A stretch of DNA of 64,000 bases from an uncultured delta proteobacterium (lineage in GTDB: Bacteria > Myxococcota > Myxococcia > Myxococcales > Anaeromyxobacteraceae). The translations under genes and the position numbers were made by a program. Below the pieces are notes generated by a model. That model saw only the letters and a program-made list of their open reading frames with translations, searched no databases and was not told the DNA's origin. The DNA is taken from the NCBI GenBank assembly GCA_963814585.1, contig CAWFDF010000012.1, positions 96,001 to 160,000 on the forward strand, given 5' to 3'. This document shows positions 56,126 through 64,000 of this stretch, piece after piece. Each line of letters starts with the position of its first letter. The stretch's first letter is position 1.

Positions 56126-57826
56126 ATGCTCCCCTTCGACGAGGTGACCACCCGGCTGCGGCTGGCCGAGGCCGGCCGGGGCACCTTCGTGGCCACCCCG
56201 TTTGGCCGGCGCCTGCTCACCTACGCCGACCAGACCGCCACCGGCCGATCGCTGGCCTTCGTCGAGGACGCGCTGGCAGGCGTCCGGCCGCTGTACGCCA
56301 ACACCCACACCGCCATCTCCACCACCGGCCGGGTCATGACCCGTTTGCGCGAGGAGTCCCGTGCCGCCATCGCCGCCGCGGTCCACGCCGGCCCCGACGA
56401 CGTGGTCCTCTTCACCGGCAGCGGCGCCACCGCCGCCGTCAACAAGCTGGTCGGGCTGCTCGGCCTGCGCATCGACGAGCCCCTGGAGCGGCGCTACCAC
56501 CTCTCCCGGGCCATCCCCGCCGCCGAGCGGCCGGTGGTGCTGGTCTCGCCCTACGAGCATCACTCCAACGAGCTCCCCTGGCTGGAGAGCGTGGCCGAGG
56601 TGGTGGAGGTCGCGCTCGGGCCCGACGGCCGGCTCGACCTCGGCGACCTCGACCGCAAGGCGCGCGCCTTCTCGTCTCGACCCCTCAAGGTCGGCGCCTT
56701 CTCGGCCGCCTCCAACGTGACCGGCGCCCTCACCGAGGTGCGGGCCGTGGCCGGCATCCTCCACGCCCACGGCTTCCTGGCCTGCGCCGACTACGCCGCC
56801 GCCGGCCCGTACGTCCCCATCGACATGCACCCGGCCGAACCGGAGGAGCGACTCGACGCCCTCTTCGTCTCCACCCACAAGTTCATCGGCGGCAGCGAGG
56901 GCTCGGGCGTGCTGGTGGCCCACCGCGACCTCTTCCGCACCCGCGTGCCGGAGCGGCCGGGCGGGGGCACCGTCGACTACGTGGCGGCGTTCGAGAGGCT
57001 CTCCGTCGACTACACCAGCCACCTCGCCGAGCGCGAGGAGGGCGGCACGCCCGACATCCTCGGCGACCTCCGCGCCGGCCTCGCCTTCCAGGTCAAGGCC
57101 GCGGCCGGTCCGGAGCGCATCCTGGCCCACGACCTGGCGCTGGGGGCGCAGGCGGTGGCACGCCTCTCCCACCACCCCCGCCTCACGCTCTACGGCCCGG
57201 CCGGGCCGCGCCTGCCCATCCTCTCCTTCAACATCGAGGGGCTGCACCACGACCTGGCCTCGGTGCTGCTCGACCACCTCTTCGGCATCCAGAACCGGGC
57301 CGGCTGCGGCTGCGCCGGCCCGTACGGCCACAAGCTGCTGGGCGTGGGCGAGGAGCGGAGCGCGCTCCACCGCCGGGCCATTGCCGCCGGCACCCTGGCC
57401 CTCAAGCCCGGCTGGGTGCGGCTCTCGCTGCCCTGGTACGCCACCCCGGACGAGGTGGAGTTCCTGCTGGCAGCGGTCGAGTTCCTCGCCGACCACGGCG
57501 AGGCCTTCGTCCCGCTCTACCGGCTGGGCTGGCGCGACGGGGTCTGGCACCACGTCGAAGGCGAGCCGCCCGATCCGGTGCCGCTCACCTTCGACCCCGA
57601 GGCGCTCCTGGAGGCGGCCGAGGGGCGGGCCCCCTGGCCTGCCGGCGAGACGCCGCTCGACGAGGCCGGCGCCGCGGCGCTGCGGGCGAGCTACCTCGCC
57701 GAGGCGAGGAGACTGGCGGGCGAGCTGGAGCCGCGCTGGCAGGACGCGCCGCCGCGCTGGAACCGGCCCACTGGCGACGCCTTCGTCGACGGGATGGTCT
57801 GGTTCAGGTACGTGCAGGCGGGGTAG
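56126..57826 (+). CDS. Aminotransferase class V (cysteine desulfurase-like PLP enzyme)
   Basis: [33 protein letters not shown]. Confidence 0.88.
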   Translation: MLPFDEVTTRLRLAEAGRGTFVATPFGRRLLTYADQTATGRSLAFVEDALAGVRPLYANTHTAISTTGRVMTRLREESRAAIAAAVHAGPDDVVLFTGSGATAAVNKLVGLLGLRIDEPLERRYHLSRAIPAAERPVVLVSPYEHHSNELPWLESVAEVVEVALGPDGRLDLGDLDRKARAFSSRPLKVGAFSAASNVTGALTEVRAVAGILHAHGFLACADYAAAGPYVPIDMHPAEPEERLDALFVSTHKFIGGSEGSGVLVAHRDLFRTRVPERPGGGTVDYVAAFERLSVDYTSHLAEREEGGTPDILGDLRAGLAFQVKAAAGPERILAHDLALGAQAVARLSHHPRLTLYGPAGPRLPILSFNIEGLHHDLASVLLDHLFGIQNRAGCGCAGPYGHKLLGVGEERSALHRRAIAAGTLALKPGWVRLSLPWYATPDEVEFLLAAVEFLADHGEAFVPLYRLGWRDGVWHHVEGEPPDPVPLTFDPEALLEAAEGRAPWPAGETPLDEAGAAALRASYLAEARRLAGELEPRWQDAPPRWNRPTGDAFVDGMVWFRYVQAG

Positions 57827-57895
57827 CGGGCGGGGCGGTCGGGCCCGTCGAGCGGCGGCGGCCCTCGATCGCTCCGTCGCGAAAGGTCGCCCAAC

Positions 57896-59137
<1,242 letters not shown>

Positions 59138-59176
59138 GCTGGCCTCCCCGGGTCCGATCTCCGCCGGGCGACTCTA

Positions 59177-59785
59177 TTACGGCTTCTTCTCCAGCGCCTT
59201 CTTCGAGGCGATGACCTCGTCGATGAGGCCGTAGGCCTTGGCCTCGGCGCCGCTCATCCAGTAGTCGCGGTCGGCGTCGTTCTCGATCCTCTCGAACGGC
59301 TGCCCGGTGTTGGCGGCCAGCAGCTCGTTGAGCCGCTTCTTGGTCTTGATGATCTCCTTGGCCTGGATCTCGATGTCGGTGGCCTGGCCGCCGGTCCCGC
59401 CCGACGGCTGGTGGATCATCACGCGGGCGTTGGGGAGCGCGAAGCGCTTGCCCTTGGCCCCGCCGGCCAGCAGGAAGGCGCCCATGGAGGCGGCCAGCCC
59501 GAGGCAGATGGTCGACACCTGCGGCTTCACGTACTGCATGGTGTCGTAGATGGCGAGGCCCGAGGAGACCGAGCCGCCCGGGCTGTTGATGTAGAGGCTG
59601 ATGTCCTTGTCGGGGTCCTCGGACTCGAGGAAGAGGAACTGGGCGATGATGACGTTGGCCACGTCGTCGTCCACCGGCGTGCCGAGGAAGACGATCCTAT
59701 CCTTGAGCAGCCGGCTGTAGATGTCGTAGCTCCGCTCGCCGCGGTGGGTCTGCTCGACGACGAACGGCATCGGGATGTAGGGCAT
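59177..59785 (-). CDS. clpP: Clp protease proteolytic subunit
   Basis: [24 protein letters not shown]. Confidence 0.98.
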   Translation of the reverse strand: MPYIPMPFVVEQTHRGERSYDIYSRLLKDRIVFLGTPVDDDVANVIIAQFLFLESEDPDKDISLYINSPGGSVSSGLAIYDTMQYVKPQVSTICLGLAASMGAFLLAGGAKGKRFALPNARVMIHQPSGGTGGQATDIEIQAKEIIKTKKRLNELLAANTGQPFERIENDADRDYWMSGAEAKAYGLIDEVIASKKALEKKP

Positions 59786-59801
59786 CTGACGCTGGCTCCC
59801 C

Positions 59802-61101
59802 TCAGGCCTGGCCGGCCGTGACGCTCGCCGCCTCGGCGAGCAGCGAGAGGGCCTTCTCCTCCCGCACCCTGCTTTCTAGCGCAGCCCGGGCTTCCGTGCT
59901 GCGCATCTGCTGCTGCACCTTGGCGAGGGGGACCCCGTTCTCCTCGGCCAGGCGGGCCAGCTCGGCCTGCAGGTCCTCGGCCACCACCTCGATCTTCTCC
60001 GCCGTGGCCACCGCCTCGAGCAGCAGGCTGCCGCGCACCTGGAGGAGGGCCTGCTCGCGCAGGTCGGCGCGCAGCCGGGCCACGTCGAGGTCGAGCTGGG
60101 CGACGTCGAGCCCCATCCGGGCGAACCGGTCCACGGTCCCCTCCAGCATGTTGTCGATGGTCCGCTCCACCATCGAGGGCGGCACCTCGAAGTCGTTCCG
60201 GGCCAGCGCCGCCTTGATGAGCGCGTCCTTGAACTCGCCGTCGGCCTTGCGCTTCTCTCGCTTCTCGAGATCCGAGCGGATGCGCCCCTTGAGCGCCTCG
60301 AGCGTCTCCAGCCCCTCGACGCCGACCTGCCTGGCGAAGTCGTCGTCCAGCGCCGGGAGGTGGCGCTCCTGCAGGCCGCGCAGCATCACCTTCATGTGGG
60401 TGGTCTTGCCGCGGAGCTGCTCGTTGCGGTGATCGGCGGCGAACGGCTCGTCGAACTCGACGGTGTCGCCCACCTTCCGGCCCACCAGCTGGGGGATGTT
60501 CCCGGCCTCGATCTTCCCGGCCGCGGCCCGGACGCTCACGCCCTGCGCCGCGCCCCCCTCGAACGGCTTCCCGTCGATGGTCCCCTCGTGGTCGATCAGG
60601 GCCCAGTCGCCCTCGGCGGCGACGTCGCGCCCCTCGAGCGGCTTCAGCGAGCCGAAGCGTTCGCGCAGCTTCTCCAGCTCGGCGTCGACCTGCCCGTCGG
60701 TCACCACCGGCGCGGCCCGGGTCACCGAGAGACCGCGGTAGTCCTTCGGCGCGATGGCCGGCCGGACCTCGACCTTGGCCGAGTACCTGAAGGTGGCGCC
60801 GGGGACCAGCGGGCCGTCCAGGGACACGTTGGGCGTGGCCACCGGCTCGATCCCCTGCTCCTGCGCCGCCTCCACGAAGGTCAGGTTGACGAGCCGCTCG
60901 GCCACGTCGCGCTCCACCTCGGATCTTGAAGTTGCGCTCCAGCACGGCGCGGGGGATGTGGCCCGGGCGGAAGCCCGGCAGCTTGGCGCGGCGGCCCACG
61001 CCGAGGTAGGCCTTGTCGAGCTCCCGGGCGACGCGCTCTGGCGGGACTTCGACGGTGAGCTTGCGCTCGACGGGGGAGAGGGTCTCGACGTTGATCTTCA
61101 T
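59802..61101 (-). CDS. tig: Trigger factor, one +1 frameshift near 60922 (probable consensus error)
   Basis: [21 protein letters not shown]; upstream of clpP. Confidence 0.92.
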
Positions 61102-61131
61102 GATGTTCCTTCGGAAACGGGAAAGCGGGTA

Positions 61132-61160
61132 GACCTACGCGGCGAGCGCGGCCGGGTCAA
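61132..61160 (-). promoter_or_regulatory. Putative sigma70 promoter of tig (TTGACC-N17-TAGGTC)
   Basis: 17-bp spacing, between the tRNA and tig. Confidence 0.5.
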
Positions 61161-61167
61161 GGCCAAA

Positions 61168-61249
61168 TGGGCGGGGAGGGAGTCGAACCCTCACGCCTTT
61201 CGGTACGGGATCCTAAGTCCCGCGCGTCTGCCAGTTCCGCCACCCGCCC
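61168..61249 (-). tRNA. tRNA-Leu(TAG)
   Basis: GGGCGGG/CCCGCCC acceptor stem, TGGCAGAC D-loop, anticodon loop CTTAGGA, long variable arm, GGTTCGACT; CCA not encoded. Confidence 0.96.
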
Positions 61250-61324
61250 GTGTGGGGGCGACGGTGGTGTACCACACGACCGGACCTGACGACTCGCGGA
61301 CGGGGTGGTAGATGGGAGGCTCGG

Positions 61325-61729
61325 ATGAGCGCCCACGACCACCCGCCCGAGGGAGCCTGCACGCCGGCCTGTCCGGGCTGGGCCGAGGGGGCCATCGAGC
61401 TCTTCGCGGTGCAGCGACGGTACGAGGACATGCTGGCCGCCTGCCGGGCCGCCGCCCACGTCGAGTGCCTGATCGTGGCCCCCGAGACGCCGGGCGCCGA
61501 GCTGCCGGACTACCTCGCCGAGGAGCCGCTGGTCCGGCTCAACCTGGTGGTGGGTCGCGACTGCCCCGAGGTGATGCTCGACGAGTGGGGCGTCCACGTC
61601 GCCCTCACCTTCCGCGGCCGCCGCCGCGACTGCGCCTTCCCCTGGGAGGCGGTCATGGCCGGCGTCCTGGCGGCGCCGGCGCGCCCCAGGCCCCGCTTCG
61701 CCGTCATCGACGGCGGGCGCCGGGACTGA
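61325..61729 (+). CDS. SspB-like ClpXP adaptor candidate
   Basis: PGAELP..VRLNL..DEWGV..LTFRG..CAFPWEAV; C-terminal RPRFAVIDGG; GGAGG SD. Confidence 0.65.
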   Translation: MSAHDHPPEGACTPACPGWAEGAIELFAVQRRYEDMLAACRAAAHVECLIVAPETPGAELPDYLAEEPLVRLNLVVGRDCPEVMLDEWGVHVALTFRGRRRDCAFPWEAVMAGVLAAPARPRPRFAVIDGGRRD

Positions 61730-61942
61730 GCTCCCCCCCGGCGCCCGGCCTTCCGCCTCTCCCCGACGCCAGGCCGGCCCTGGACGTGGGTCAAGGCCGC
61801 CCTCGGGCGGCGGTGACCCCTCCTCGCTTCTCCGCTCCGCCTGCGACGAATTGGCTCGCGCCCCGTTGGACCGGCCTCTCGCCCGGGGTGCCGCGGGGAT
61901 ACTGGCGCCATCCAACGCGGCCAGCCGGCCAGGAGCGTCGAC

Positions 61943-63604
61943 ATGAAGCAGGCTTCGAAGCGCACGCCCGTCTCGGTGGTGAGGCTCCCGCACGGCGAGG
62001 CGCTCCTCCACGACCCGCTGCTCAACAAGGGGACGGCCTTCACCGAGGCCGAGCGGGCCGCCCTCGGGCTTCGTGGGCTGCTGCCACCGCACGTCCACAC
62101 CCTGGAGGAGCAGTCGGCGCGCGTCCTGGACAACTACCGCAACAAGCAGACCGACCTGGAGCGCTACATCCACCTGGTCAGCCTGCAGGACCGGAACGAG
62201 ACCCTCTTCTACAAGGTGGTGGGCGACCACATCGAGGAGATGATGCCCATCATCTACACCCCCACCGTCGGCCAGGCCTGCCAGCAGTGGGGCCACCTCT
62301 TCCGCCGCCCGCGCGGCCTGTACGTCTCCTGGAACGACCGCGGCTCGGTGGCGGAGCTGCTGCGCAACTGGCCGGGCCGGGACGTGCGCGTCATCGTGGT
62401 GACCGACGGCGAGCGCATCCTCGGGCTCGGCGACCAGGGCGTGGGCGGGATGGGGATCCCGGTCGGCAAGCTCTCCCTCTACACCGCCTGCGCGGGGATC
62501 GACCCGGCCACCTGCCTGCCGGTGATGCTGGACGTCGGCACCGAGAACGAGGGCTACCTGCGCGACCCGCTCTACCTGGGCCTGCGCCAGCGGCGGGTGC
62601 GCGGCCCCGAGTACGACGCCCTGGTGGCCGAGTTCATCACCGCGGTGGGCGAGGTGTTCCCGGGGGCGCTCATCCAGTTCGAGGACTTCGCCAACATCAA
62701 CGCCTTCCGGCTGCTGGCGCAGTGGCGCGACAAGGTCTGCACCTTCAACGACGACATGCAGGGGACGGCGGCGGTGACGCTGGCCGGGATCTACTCGGCG
62801 CTGCGGCTGACTGGCCGGAAGCTGCGCGAGCAGACCATCCTCTTCCTGGGCGCCGGCGAGGCCGGCGTGGGCATCGGCGACCTGATGGTCTCGGCCATGG
62901 TGGACGAGGGGGCGACGCTGGCGGAGGCGCGCCGGCGCTGCTGGTTCGTCGACTCCCAGGGGCTGGTGGTGAAGGGCCGCGAGGGGCTGGCCGAGCACAA
63001 GCTCCGCTTCGCCCATGACGCGCCGGGCGCGCCGGACCTCAAGTCGGCGCTGGAGGTCCTCGAGCCCACCGCGCTCATCGGCGTCTCCACCATCGCCCGG
63101 TCCTTCGACCAGGCGGTGGTCGAGGCCATGAGCCGCCTCAACGCCCGGCCCATCATCTTCGCCCTGTCCAACCCCACCTCGAAGGCCGAGTGCACCGCCG
63201 AGGAGGCCTACGGCTGGTCGAAGGGCACGGCCATCTACGCCAGCGGCAGCCCGTTCCCACCCTGCGTGGTGGGCGGGCGGACCTTCGTCTCCGGCCAGGG
63301 GAACAACTCCTACATCTTCCCCGGCGTGGGGCTGGGCGTGGTGGCCAGCCAGGCCCGCCACGTCACCGACCAGATGTTCGCCGCGGCGGCGCGGACCCTG
63401 GCGTCGCTGGTGCTGCCCGCCGACCTGGAGATGGGGCGCATCTACCCGTCGCTCACCCGCATCCGCGAGGTCTCGGCCCACATCGGGGCCGCGGTGGCCG
63501 AGGTGGCCTTCCAGGGCGGACTGGCCCGGGTGCCTCGCCCCGACGACGTGCTCGGCCTGGTGAAGTCGGCGATGTGGACGCCGAGGTACCGGGAGTACGT
63601 CTGA
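61943..63604 (+). CDS. maeA: NAD-dependent malic enzyme
   Basis: NKGTAFT, YTPTVG, VTDGERILGLGD, QFEDF, FNDD, GAGEAG, LSNPT. Confidence 0.95.
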   Translation: MKQASKRTPVSVVRLPHGEALLHDPLLNKGTAFTEAERAALGLRGLLPPHVHTLEEQSARVLDNYRNKQTDLERYIHLVSLQDRNETLFYKVVGDHIEEMMPIIYTPTVGQACQQWGHLFRRPRGLYVSWNDRGSVAELLRNWPGRDVRVIVVTDGERILGLGDQGVGGMGIPVGKLSLYTACAGIDPATCLPVMLDVGTENEGYLRDPLYLGLRQRRVRGPEYDALVAEFITAVGEVFPGALIQFEDFANINAFRLLAQWRDKVCTFNDDMQGTAAVTLAGIYSALRLTGRKLREQTILFLGAGEAGVGIGDLMVSAMVDEGATLAEARRRCWFVDSQGLVVKGREGLAEHKLRFAHDAPGAPDLKSALEVLEPTALIGVSTIARSFDQAVVEAMSRLNARPIIFALSNPTSKAECTAEEAYGWSKGTAIYASGSPFPPCVVGGRTFVSGQGNNSYIFPGVGLGVVASQARHVTDQMFAAAARTLASLVLPADLEMGRIYPSLTRIREVSAHIGAAVAEVAFQGGLARVPRPDDVLGLVKSAMWTPRYREYV

Positions 63605-63610
63605 CCGAGT

Positions 63611-64000
63611 TCAGCTCCGGCGCCGACGCCGGCCGGGCGAGCCGCGGGAGCTGGCGTTCCGCAGCCGCTCCCTCGACCACCACCACCACCTCCGCTGCGG
63701 CGCCGGCAGGCCCGGATCCCGCGCCTGCGCCACGGCGCAGGAGAAGGTGTCGAGCACGCAGGGGTCCTGCCGGACGCCGGTGAGCCGGCCGAGGCGGTCG
63801 TAGAGCGCCTGCGGCTCCTGGCGCGCCAGGGCGGCCACGTCGGGCACCTCGAGCAGCCGGAGATCGGCCAGCATGGCCGGGCCGATGCCATCGAGGTCGG
63901 CGAGGGCCCGGTCATCGGCGCCGCGGCGGGCCGCGCGGCCCCTCGAGCGGCCGGCCCCAGGGCCCCGCAGGCCGGCCGCCTGCCGGAGGAGCGCGGCCAG
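63611..64000 (-). CDS. Helix-hairpin-helix Cdd1/McrB-like protein, 5'-partial
   Basis: LDGIGPAMLADL..LYDRL..QDPCVLD..WWWW; frame open to the window edge. Confidence 0.75.
   Translation of the reverse strand: MAALLRQAAGLRGPGAGRSRGRAARRGADDRALADLDGIGPAMLADLRLLEVPDVAALARQEPQALYDRLGRLTGVRQDPCVLDTFSCAVAQARDPGLPAPQRRWWWWSRERLRNASSRGSPGRRRRRS

Noticed and set aside
61168..61330. Genomic island integrated at tRNA-Leu
   Set aside because: No integrase, no duplicated tRNA 3' end, and the flanks are core genes

Overview
Very GC-rich bacterial chromosome segment. Gene content points to Myxococcota, probably Anaeromyxobacter-like (MXAN_5187-type protein, FHA-sigma54 activator, Ser/Thr kinase, beta-barrel-SppA, Cys-rich Pal). 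It is mostly housekeeping and metabolism: thyX, sppA, a rho paralogue, glgX, uvrA, thrB, pal-cpoB, PBP1A, nadA, malic enzyme, tRNA-Leu-tig-clpP-clpX-lon, two Liv-type ABC loci, a CrbS-like symporter-kinase locus and two HD-GYP proteins. I found no transposase, integrase, CRISPR array or defence system. The most notable unexplained structures are: (1) a 179-bp hairpin-forming MITE-like repeat family, with four copies and one possible stub, that sits at stop codons and rewrites gene C-termini; (2) a Rho paralogue with a degenerate RNA-binding site, a G/P/Q/R-rich N-terminus and a structured ~180-nt leader; (3) an SspB-like adaptor divergent from tig-clpP-clpX; (4) a convergently split ABC operon whose permease has a zinc-ribbon tail; (5) a 48-bp tandem repeat of the nadA 3' end. 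The ~17 single-base insertions in lon, and single ones in tig and PBP1A, look like mixed-strain consensus artefacts rather than real pseudogenes. Product calls come from motif recognition only; no database search was run.
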